NCBI GenBank assembly: GCA_030756715.1
Contig: JAVBJD010000005.1
Location: forward strand, 1 to 50,833
From: Conexivisphaerales archaeon
GTDB lineage: Archaea > Thermoproteota > Nitrososphaeria > Conexivisphaerales > UBA164
Direction of reading: 5' to 3'
DNA: 50,833 bases
In this document: piece after piece, positions 35,804 to 43,851 of the stretch
Layout: each line of letters begins with the position of its first letter
How positions within the stretch are numbered: position 1 is the first letter of the stretch
Made by a program: the position numbers and the translations under genes
The notes under the pieces: generated by a model
The model's database searches: none
The model's input: the letters and a program-made list of their open reading frames with translations, nothing else
Told to the model about the DNA's origin: nothing

Positions 35804-36424
35804 ATGACTTCTGGTATTGCGGAATCCGAATTTGCATTTATAGTTCTAGCTGCAGGCGAGTCTACAAGATTTGGTGAAAACAAGCTTTTGTATAAAATAG
35901 AAGGCAGATCAATTATAAGAAGGGTTGTACAAGAATGTTCGTTAGAAAATTTTAAAACTGTAGTGGTTATAGGTCATGAAAAGGATCGAATTATAAGAGA
36001 ACTAGAAGGACTTAACGTATTTTTTGTTATAAACCCAGAATATAAAAACGGAGGTATGAGCTCTTCAATAAGAATCGGAGTATCGAGCGTAAAACCCTCA
36101 AAAGCATATTTAATCACGCCAGGGGATATGCCTTATTTACAGAGATGGATATGTGAAAAAATAATTGATTTTTATATGAAATCTGGAGCAAAGATTGTTG
36201 TTCCTAGTTACGAGGGTAAAGGGGGACATCCAATACTTTTTGACGCTTCATTAAGAGAAGAACTTTTAGCTATTAATGAGGCAACAAAAGGATTAAAGGG
36301 CATTTTAAGCAAACATACCAACGACGTTTCAAAGTTTGAAATAGGTACTTCAAGGGTACTTATAGACATAGATTACAAAAAAGACATTGATACAAGAAAA
36401 CCCGTGGATCGATTTTTAACATGA
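35804..36424 (+). CDS. mocA: Molybdenum cofactor cytidylyltransferase (MocA-like)
   Basis: LAAGESTRFG.NKLL, NP.Y..GMSSS, GDMP, GHPILF, DID; precedes a molybdenum hydroxylase operon. Confidence 0.85.
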   Translation: MTSGIAESEFAFIVLAAGESTRFGENKLLYKIEGRSIIRRVVQECSLENFKTVVVIGHEKDRIIRELEGLNVFFVINPEYKNGGMSSSIRIGVSSVKPSKAYLITPGDMPYLQRWICEKIIDFYMKSGAKIVVPSYEGKGGHPILFDASLREELLAINEATKGLKGILSKHTNDVSKFEIGTSRVLIDIDYKKDIDTRKPVDRFLT

Positions 36425-36512
36425 TGATAATATATCTCTAAATTATATTTTAAACTCAAAAGAAATAATAAGGTAGAAAAATTTTATATTCTAACTTTTC
36501 AAAGTTAAGGCA

Positions 36513-36983
36513 ATGGAGGCAAATGTGTCGTTCTTCTTAAATGGTAAAAAAGTAAGCGTAAAAGCGCCTCCCGCCAAGAGTCTTCTCCGTGTTTTAAGGG
36601 AGGATCTAGGTGTAACGAGCGTTAAGCCAGGGTGCGAAGCGGGTGAATGTGGTGCCTGTAGCGTATTGCTTGATGGTCAAGTTGTAACATCTTGTTTGGT
36701 GATGATATCACAAGTTGAAGGGAAAAGCGTTATTACCGTTGAAGGTTTGGAAAAGGACGGGGAACTCGATCCTCTGCAAAAAGCTTTTGTTGAAGAAGGG
36801 GCCACACAGTGCGGTTACTGCACCCCAGGTTTCATAATTTCTGCGAAAGCGCTTCTAAATGAAAACCCAAATCCAACCGATGAAGAAATACTAGAAGGGG
36901 TAAGCGGCAACATCTGCAGATGTGGCGCTTATCCAAGAATATACAACGCTATCAAAAAAGTGGTGAAAAAAGATGGCGTATGA
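36513..36983 (+). CDS. Xanthine dehydrogenase-family 2Fe-2S subunit
   Basis: GCEAGECGACSV, SC, QCGYCTPG, GNICRCG. Confidence 0.95.
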   Translation: MEANVSFFLNGKKVSVKAPPAKSLLRVLREDLGVTSVKPGCEAGECGACSVLLDGQVVTSCLVMISQVEGKSVITVEGLEKDGELDPLQKAFVEEGATQCGYCTPGFIISAKALLNENPNPTDEEILEGVSGNICRCGAYPRIYNAIKKVVKKDGV

Positions 36984-37872
36984 AAAAGTAGAAGTTTATT
37001 CACCCCGTAGCCTAGCTGAAGCGTTAGAGCTATTATCACAAAAAAGAGAACTGATAAAACCAGTCGCTGGCGGCACTGATATAATGGTTATGCTAAAAGA
37101 CGGCGTTCTGAAAGAAAAAGAGCTTCTAAATTTGTCTTTTATACCTGAGTTAAGTTATATAAAAGAAAGCGAAAATAGGGTCTTAATTGGCGCAGCTACA
37201 AAATACAGGGAAATAAGGAGATCACCTCTTATTAACGCTTATTCGCCTATTCTTATAGAGGCAATACGACAGATAGGATCCCCTCAAATTCAGAATTTGG
37301 GAACAATTGGAGGTAACCTTGGCACTGCGAGCCCAGCAGGAGACAGCATACCACCTCTTTATATTCTTAATTCTAGAGTCAAGCTACAGAAGCTGGGTAG
37401 TTCAAGAGAAGTCCAGATAGATAAATTTTTCTTGGGGCCGAGAAAAACGGTGAGGGAGTCAGACGAGCTGATAACCGAAATATCGATTGAAAAGATGGAC
37501 CCTGGATCTTATTATTTTTTTGAAAAACTGGGTTTACGCAGCGCTAATGCTATATCGATAGTTAGCGCAGCAGCAATACTCAGCTTAGAAAACAACACTG
37601 TAAAGTATTTGAGGCTATCTTTGGGAGCCGTTGCACCAACCGTTATTAGGGCTGTTGAGGCTGAAGAATTAGCCAAAGACAAAGAGCTAAATGAAGAATT
37701 AATAGACAGGATAGCTAAGCTTGCCGCCGAATCTACGAAACCTATAACCGACATAAGGGGGACTGCAGAGTACAGGAAAAAAGCAACATATGGAATAATT
37801 TACGAGGCCTTATATAAAATAATGAAAGGTTATGGGAAAAAAGTAGAATATGGTTTTGAAAACACAAGCTGA
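36973..37872 (+). CDS. Xanthine dehydrogenase-family FAD-binding subunit
   Basis: AGGTD, QIQNLGTIGGN..TASPAGD, PITDIRGTAEYR. Confidence 0.95.
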   Translation: MAYEKVEVYSPRSLAEALELLSQKRELIKPVAGGTDIMVMLKDGVLKEKELLNLSFIPELSYIKESENRVLIGAATKYREIRRSPLINAYSPILIEAIRQIGSPQIQNLGTIGGNLGTASPAGDSIPPLYILNSRVKLQKLGSSREVQIDKFFLGPRKTVRESDELITEISIEKMDPGSYYFFEKLGLRSANAISIVSAAAILSLENNTVKYLRLSLGAVAPTVIRAVEAEELAKDKELNEELIDRIAKLAAESTKPITDIRGTAEYRKKATYGIIYEALYKIMKGYGKKVEYGFENTS

Positions 37873-38020
37873 TGTATTATGAAGAACCATTTTGTTGGAT
37901 CAATTAGCATTACACCAAGCGTTAAAGACGTCTTAAAAAATTATAGTAGAAAATTAGCATGTTTAAAAACGAGCGTTTTAATCAAATTGTTTTTAATTTA
38001 TATAAAACAGGTGAAAAACG

Positions 38021-40258
38021 ATGATTACTGAAGCTGTTTCAAAATATAGTTACATAAATAAGTCAATTCCAAGGATAGATTCTAATGACAAAGTAAGGGG
38101 CACTCTGCAATTTTTAACAGATATAAAGTTAGAAAACGCGCTTTATGCCTATACTTTCAGGAGTAAAGTTGCGCATGGTAAAATAAACGGGATATATACT
38201 GAAGACGCTGAAAAGGTAAACGGCGTTAAAGCCGTGCTTACATATAAAGACATACCTGCGTTAAACGGTTATGGCGCGATTGTACCTGAAATTCCGGTAT
38301 TGGCTTACGATAAAGTCAGATACTATGGAGAGCCACTGGCTCTTGTAGCGGCTGAAACACAAGAAGCAGCAATAGAAGCCCTTGGCAGAATAAAAGCGGA
38401 TATAACGCCTTTACCAGTAGTACATTCTATTGATGAAGCGCTTGAAGAGAATGCTCCAAAAATACACGATAAGGGGAATATAGCTCGGCACACCATTGTT
38501 AGGAAAGGAGACGTTGAGAAAGCAAGGTCATCGGCTTACATTGTGCTCGAAAGAGTATACGAAACGCCCATGCAAAAACACATGTTCTTGGAACCAGAAG
38601 GAGGAGTTGCCTATATAGATGAAGAAGGGGTTTTAAACGTTTTAGCTGGAGGCCAAACGCCATATAGGGACAAGATTCAAATATCGAGGGTTCTTGGCAT
38701 ACCCCCTGAAAAAATTAGAGTAAAGAACACTCCTACTGGAGGCGCCTTCGGTGGTAAAGACGACATAACGGTACAGATACACTTGGCTTTACTTGCATAT
38801 AAAACTAAAAGGCCAGTAAAGCTCGTTTGGTCCAGAGAAGAAAGCGGAGTAGCCGGTTTTCACAGAACCGGTTCTAAGATTAAGCTGAGAACTTCAGCAA
38901 ACAAGGATGGAGCCTTGTTGTCAAATGAGGCAATAATATACCTTGATTCTGGTGCTTATCAGAGCTTTGGCCCCACAATTCTTGATGTAAGCATAGAAAC
39001 AATAAATGGGCCTTACAGAATTCCAAATTATATAATAGACGCTAACCTAGTTTATACAAATAATGGCATAGCTTCAGCTTTTAGAGGATTTGGCGCTCCG
39101 GAGAGCAATTTTGCCATCGAGAGTATGATGAACGAACTTGCTGATGAACTTAAAATAGATCCTATTGAAATCAGGTTAAAGAACATACTTAAGAGCGGCG
39201 AAATAGGACCATTTAATAACGAAATAAGGCACTCTAAAGGTTTAGAAGAAGCTCTCAACAGAGCAAAAGAACTTTTCTACAGGCTCGATCCTTCGGGCCC
39301 CTTTCAGAGAACCGGTGTTGGGATAGCTGTGTCTGTTAAAGGTGTTGGGTTTGGTACTCTTCCGGAGTTTCCCGCAGCTGCAATCGAGATTATTCCAGAG
39401 GGGAAGGTAAGAATTATGTTCAGTAATGTGGATTACGGTCAAGGAATAAACACCGGCAACGCGCAGCTTGTTGCAGAAAAACTACAGGTACCTTTATCCC
39501 AGATAGAAGTTTTGCATTCAGACACGAAGTTTGCACCTGATACAGGAGGTTCAAGCGCTTCAAGGTCAACATTTAATGGAGGAGGAGCCCTTCTTCTGGC
39601 TTGTGATAAGGCGTTATCTGAGCTCAAAACAGAAGCGGCGTCTTTCTTTATGACAAAAAGCGATTCCTTGAGCTACAAAGACGGACATTTCTATTATAAA
39701 GACAAGTCGGTCTCAATATATGAAGTTGCCAAAAGGCTAAGAGTTAGAGGCAAATCAACCCGCTTTGAAGCAACGTTTGAGGTACCTAGATATTCAGAGG
39801 CGGTAGAAGGAACGCTTGAAGTTCCCCACATGGTATACATGTACGGGGTTATAATAACAAAGGTAGAAGTAGATGAGCTCTTGGGTAAGGTAAAGCCGCG
39901 TGAAGTTGACTTTATAGCAGATATAGGAAACGTTATTAACCCGGCAATAGCGGCAGGTCAGATAGAAGGCGGTATAATTCAAGGGCTAGGATACTCTTTG
40001 ATTGAAGAACTTAATTATGATAAAGACGGCAGACCTTTAAACATAAATTATACAACGTACCCAGTTCCTATAATAGCTGATTCACCCTTAATTAATGTAG
40101 AGTTCATAAGAAGCTATGAAGAGCTCGGTCCTTTTGGCGCAAAAGGTGTTGGAGAAGTAAGCATAATACCTGTAGGAGCGTCTGTAGCGGATGCAGTAGC
40201 AGACGCTATAGGTAAGAGAAATTACAAGCTTCCACTTTTGCCTTGGAAAATAGTTTGA
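38021..40258 (+). CDS. Xanthine dehydrogenase-family molybdopterin-binding subunit
   Basis: GGAFGGK, SAFRGFG, GQG..T, ASRS, GQIEGG..QG.G, GAKGVGE. Confidence 0.95.
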   Translation: MITEAVSKYSYINKSIPRIDSNDKVRGTLQFLTDIKLENALYAYTFRSKVAHGKINGIYTEDAEKVNGVKAVLTYKDIPALNGYGAIVPEIPVLAYDKVRYYGEPLALVAAETQEAAIEALGRIKADITPLPVVHSIDEALEENAPKIHDKGNIARHTIVRKGDVEKARSSAYIVLERVYETPMQKHMFLEPEGGVAYIDEEGVLNVLAGGQTPYRDKIQISRVLGIPPEKIRVKNTPTGGAFGGKDDITVQIHLALLAYKTKRPVKLVWSREESGVAGFHRTGSKIKLRTSANKDGALLSNEAIIYLDSGAYQSFGPTILDVSIETINGPYRIPNYIIDANLVYTNNGIASAFRGFGAPESNFAIESMMNELADELKIDPIEIRLKNILKSGEIGPFNNEIRHSKGLEEALNRAKELFYRLDPSGPFQRTGVGIAVSVKGVGFGTLPEFPAAAIEIIPEGKVRIMFSNVDYGQGINTGNAQLVAEKLQVPLSQIEVLHSDTKFAPDTGGSSASRSTFNGGGALLLACDKALSELKTEAASFFMTKSDSLSYKDGHFYYKDKSVSIYEVAKRLRVRGKSTRFEATFEVPRYSEAVEGTLEVPHMVYMYGVIITKVEVDELLGKVKPREVDFIADIGNVINPAIAAGQIEGGIIQGLGYSLIEELNYDKDGRPLNINYTTYPVPIIADSPLINVEFIRSYEELGPFGAKGVGEVSIIPVGASVADAVADAIGKRNYKLPLLPWKIV

Positions 40259-40409
40259 ACAATCAATTTATTTTTTAACTAAAAATTATTTATTTTTAAA
40301 CAAGAACTAACTTAATTGATAGATTTTTTATAAGTAAATTCATATTTTTATCAAATTTTATAATAATAACACTTATAAGTATACTATTTTTATATATTTT
40401 GATGCGAAA

Positions 40410-41678
40410 TTGACAAATTCAAATTCTTCTCAAAAAGCATCTCCATGGGAAATGGCTCTCCAACAGTTAAAGAAAGCTGCAGATTTGATAAACCTTGAGG
40501 ACGATCTGAGAGAGGTCCTTTCACATCCACAAAGGGAAGTACAGGTTTCGCTCCCAGTAAGAATGGATAACGGAAAAGTCAAAGTTTTCACTGGTTACAG
40601 GGTTCAGCATAATAACGCAAGAGGTCCTTATAAAGGAGGAATAAGATATCATCCTAACGTCTCTCTGGATGAAGTTAGAGCTCTTGCAATGTGGATGACC
40701 TGGAAAACCGCAGTTCTTGACCTTCCATTAGGTGGTGCGAAAGGAGGTATTATCTGTGATCCAAAAACTCTTTCTCCAAGTGAAATGGAAAGACTTACAA
40801 GAAGGTACGCTTATGCAATATCTGGAATAATAGGTCCCTATGAGGACGTGCCGGCCCCAGATGTTTATACTGGACCGCAGCACATGGCTTGGATAATGGA
40901 TACATATAGCGCTTTAAAGGGCCACTTAGAACCAGGAGTTATAACAGGTAAACCAGTAGAGATAGGAGGAAGCTTAGGAAGGAACGAATCTACTTCAAGA
41001 GGCTTGGCGATAGCCGTAGCTGAAGCTGCAAAGAAATTAAACATAAACGTAAAAGGAGCTACGGTCGCCATACAGGGCTTTGGAAACGTAGGCTCAAACG
41101 CAGCAGTTATAATGGCCAAAGAATATGGCATGAAGATAGTTGCTGTGAGCGACTCAAAAGGAGGCATTTACAACAAGAACGGGCTGAATGTTGACAAGGT
41201 TCTTACTGAAAAAGAAAAGTCTGGGACAGTAACCACATATAAGGACGCAGAAAAAATATCTAACGAAGAGCTCCTTACGCTAAACGTTGATATTCTTGTG
41301 CCTGCCGCTCTAGAACAGGTTATTACAAAGGACAATGCGGGTAAGATAAAGGCAAAGATAGTGGGAGAAGGAGCAAATGGGCCAACGACTCCTGAGGCTG
41401 ACGAAATACTTTATCAAAAAGGAACAGTAGTAATACCTGACATACTAGCTAACAGTGGAGGCGTAACAGTAAGCTATTTTGAATGGGTACAAGACCTTGA
41501 GAGGCTGCAGTGGTCTTTAGAGCAAGTAAACAAGATGCTTGAGGAAAAGATGGTTAAGGCATTTAATGACGTATACGAGACAAGCAAGAAATACAAGACT
41601 GACATGAGAACAGCGGCTTTAACTTTAGCTGTATCAAGAGTTTCTCAGGCCATTAAGCTTCGTGGTATATGGCCATAA
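40410..41678 (+). CDS. gdhA: Glutamate dehydrogenase
   Basis: RGPYKGGIRY, MTWK, GGAKGG, DVPAPD, GFGNVG, EGANGP, GGVTVSYFEWVQ. Confidence 0.97.
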   Translation: MTNSNSSQKASPWEMALQQLKKAADLINLEDDLREVLSHPQREVQVSLPVRMDNGKVKVFTGYRVQHNNARGPYKGGIRYHPNVSLDEVRALAMWMTWKTAVLDLPLGGAKGGIICDPKTLSPSEMERLTRRYAYAISGIIGPYEDVPAPDVYTGPQHMAWIMDTYSALKGHLEPGVITGKPVEIGGSLGRNESTSRGLAIAVAEAAKKLNINVKGATVAIQGFGNVGSNAAVIMAKEYGMKIVAVSDSKGGIYNKNGLNVDKVLTEKEKSGTVTTYKDAEKISNEELLTLNVDILVPAALEQVITKDNAGKIKAKIVGEGANGPTTPEADEILYQKGTVVIPDILANSGGVTVSYFEWVQDLERLQWSLEQVNKMLEEKMVKAFNDVYETSKKYKTDMRTAALTLAVSRVSQAIKLRGIWP

Positions 41679-41689
41679 ACATTAATTAA

Positions 41690-41704
41690 TTTTTACATTT
41701 TTTT
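41690..41704 (+). terminator. T-tract, possible archaeal terminator after gdhA
   Basis: TTTTTACATTTTTTT about 12 nt after the stop codon. Confidence 0.4.
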
Positions 41705-41752
41705 GTTCAATTGTAAAAAATGTTTTTAAATAAGTCCTTTTAATGCAAAATT

Positions 41753-43411
41753 ATGGTATTAGTAGAACAAAAGCAGCAAGAGTTTCAAAAGCCAAAAGTG
41801 AGATTCATAAGAAAGACAAGAAGCATATGTCCAGAATGTAACAGAGTTATTGATGCAGAAATATTTGAAAGAGATGGGGTTGTTTACATCGGCAAAACAT
41901 GTCCCAAACACGGGTATTTTGAAGATGTTTATTTTGGATCGTATGAAATGTATGAACGGTTTTCAAAGTATGCTAGAGACGGCATAGGAATATCGAACCC
42001 AAAAACACTCGTTAACAACATAACATGTCCTGCAAGCTGCGGGCTATGTAGCAACCACCTTAGTCATACAGCCTTAGCCAATTTGGTGGTAACAAACAGA
42101 TGCGACCTGAATTGTTGGTACTGCTTCTTTTATGCTGAAAAAGCAGGATACATTTACGAGCCTAGCATAGACCAGATAAGAAGGATGATAAGAAATTTGC
42201 TTAACGAAAAACCGATACATGGTGTCGCTGTTCAGATAACAGGTGGAGAACCTACAGTAAGAGATGATATAATAGATGTGATTAAAGCAATAAAAGAAGA
42301 AGGAATAACGCACATTCAGCTAAACTCAGACGGCATAAACCTCTCAAGAAAACCAGATCTTTGTAAGCAAGTAAGAGAAGCAGGAGTTAACACGCTTTAT
42401 GTAAGCTTTGACGGTGTAACTCCAGAAACTAATCCAAAGAACTACTGGGAAGTCCCGGATCTATTAAACAACTGCAGAAAAGCTGGACTGGGAATGGTTC
42501 TGGTTCCTACAGTAATTAAAACTGTTAACGATCATGAAGTAGGTGACATGCTAAAGTTTGCTTTTTATAACATGGATATAGTTCGAGGGATTAATTATCA
42601 GCCAGTTTCGCTTGTCGGAAGGGTTCCAAAGCATGAAAGGGACAGGTTCAGAATAACTATACCGGAAGTTATTGAAAGGATAGAAGAACAGACTGACGGT
42701 GAAGTAAAGCAGGAAGATTGGTTCCCTGTTCCCGCGGCTATGCCATTATCCCGCTTTATAGAAGCGTGGACTGGAGAGCTTAAGTACGAACTAACGACGC
42801 ATTTTGCATGCGGGGCTGCGACATATATTTTTAACGATGATGGAAAGATGGTACCCATAACAAGGTTTGTAGATGTTGACGGACTTTTAAAATTCTTTGA
42901 AGATAAAGCAGAAAAAATAGAAAGAGGCGAAAATAAGTTACTCGTAGGCTTATCAGTAATATCCAACCTGCCCCGCTTTATTAATAGAAGCAAAATGCCC
43001 TCAGGTCTAAACCTAACTAGGTTGTTAATTAACATCATAATAAACCACGATTACAGTTCTTTAGGACAGCTTCAGATGAAGTCCCTATTCGTTGGCATGA
43101 TGCATTTCCAGGACAAGTACAATCATGACGAAGAAAGGGTAAGAAGGTGTGACATCCATTACCTTACACCAGATGACAGAATAATACCTTTCTGCACCTT
43201 TAACGTTATACCTGAATGGTATAGAGATAGAATACAGAAGAAATACTCTATAAGTATTGAGGAATGGGAAAAAAGGACAGGAAGAAAGCTTAAGAGCGAT
43301 TATTATGTAAGGCCAAGCTCGTACTATCATTACCCTAAAGACGAGAATCTTTTTAAGAGAATGGGAATAAATTATACGCCAAAAAGTTTGTTAACAAAAG
43401 AAATCTCATAA
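41753..43411 (+). CDS. tes: Radical SAM tetraether lipid synthase (Tes / GDGT-MAS, MJ0619 family)
   Basis: SICPEC...K.CPKHG, CPASCGLC.NH, TNRCDLNCWYCF, YEPS, GGEPT, YQPVS..GR, MHFQD.YN.D.ERV.RC.IHY..PD..IIPFC. Confidence 0.9.
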   Translation: MVLVEQKQQEFQKPKVRFIRKTRSICPECNRVIDAEIFERDGVVYIGKTCPKHGYFEDVYFGSYEMYERFSKYARDGIGISNPKTLVNNITCPASCGLCSNHLSHTALANLVVTNRCDLNCWYCFFYAEKAGYIYEPSIDQIRRMIRNLLNEKPIHGVAVQITGGEPTVRDDIIDVIKAIKEEGITHIQLNSDGINLSRKPDLCKQVREAGVNTLYVSFDGVTPETNPKNYWEVPDLLNNCRKAGLGMVLVPTVIKTVNDHEVGDMLKFAFYNMDIVRGINYQPVSLVGRVPKHERDRFRITIPEVIERIEEQTDGEVKQEDWFPVPAAMPLSRFIEAWTGELKYELTTHFACGAATYIFNDDGKMVPITRFVDVDGLLKFFEDKAEKIERGENKLLVGLSVISNLPRFINRSKMPSGLNLTRLLINIIINHDYSSLGQLQMKSLFVGMMHFQDKYNHDEERVRRCDIHYLTPDDRIIPFCTFNVIPEWYRDRIQKKYSISIEEWEKRTGRKLKSDYYVRPSSYYHYPKDENLFKRMGINYTPKSLLTKEIS

Positions 43412-43482
43412 AAGGATTTTAATAAAAATAATTTAATTTGTAGATAACCTTTTTAATATCCTATCAATAGGATTAAAACGTC

Positions 43483-43851
43483 ATGGGCGATTTACAGTTA
43501 GTATTATCAGATCCGAAGACTAGAACAGCTAAGAAGATAGAGATCAAGGGTAACCTGAGTTCCGTCCTGATAGGAAGAAAAATAGGGGAAGTAATTGACG
43601 GTAGTGCTCTAGGCTTGGGCAACGTAAAATTTAAGATAACTGGAGGTACGGACAAGTCCGGAATTCCGCACGTTCCAGATATAGAGGGACCTGTTAAGAA
43701 ATACGTTCTACTTTCTGGGCCTCCCGGATTTAGGCCAAAGAGAGAAGGTGAAAAGAAAAGAAAGCTCGTTAGGGGCAACACTATAGCTGATGATACATAT
43801 CAGGTAAATGCAGTTATAGTTGAGGGTGAAATAAAGGATGCCAAGGTTTAA
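43483..43851 (+). CDS. rps6e: Ribosomal protein eS6
   Basis: SDPKT, G.KIGE, ITGGTDKSG.P, GEKKRK.VRGN. Confidence 0.95.
   Translation: MGDLQLVLSDPKTRTAKKIEIKGNLSSVLIGRKIGEVIDGSALGLGNVKFKITGGTDKSGIPHVPDIEGPVKKYVLLSGPPGFRPKREGEKKRKLVRGNTIADDTYQVNAVIVEGEIKDAKV

Noticed and set aside
36513-40258. Aerobic CO dehydrogenase (coxMSL)
   Set aside because: The large subunit has AFRGFG, not AYxCSFR (form I) or AYRGAGR (form II)
41753-43411. MoaA, methanopterin methyltransferase or GDGT ring synthase assignment
   Set aside because: The N-terminal metal sites and C-terminal motifs match the MJ0619/Tes family; there is no B12-binding domain as in Grs
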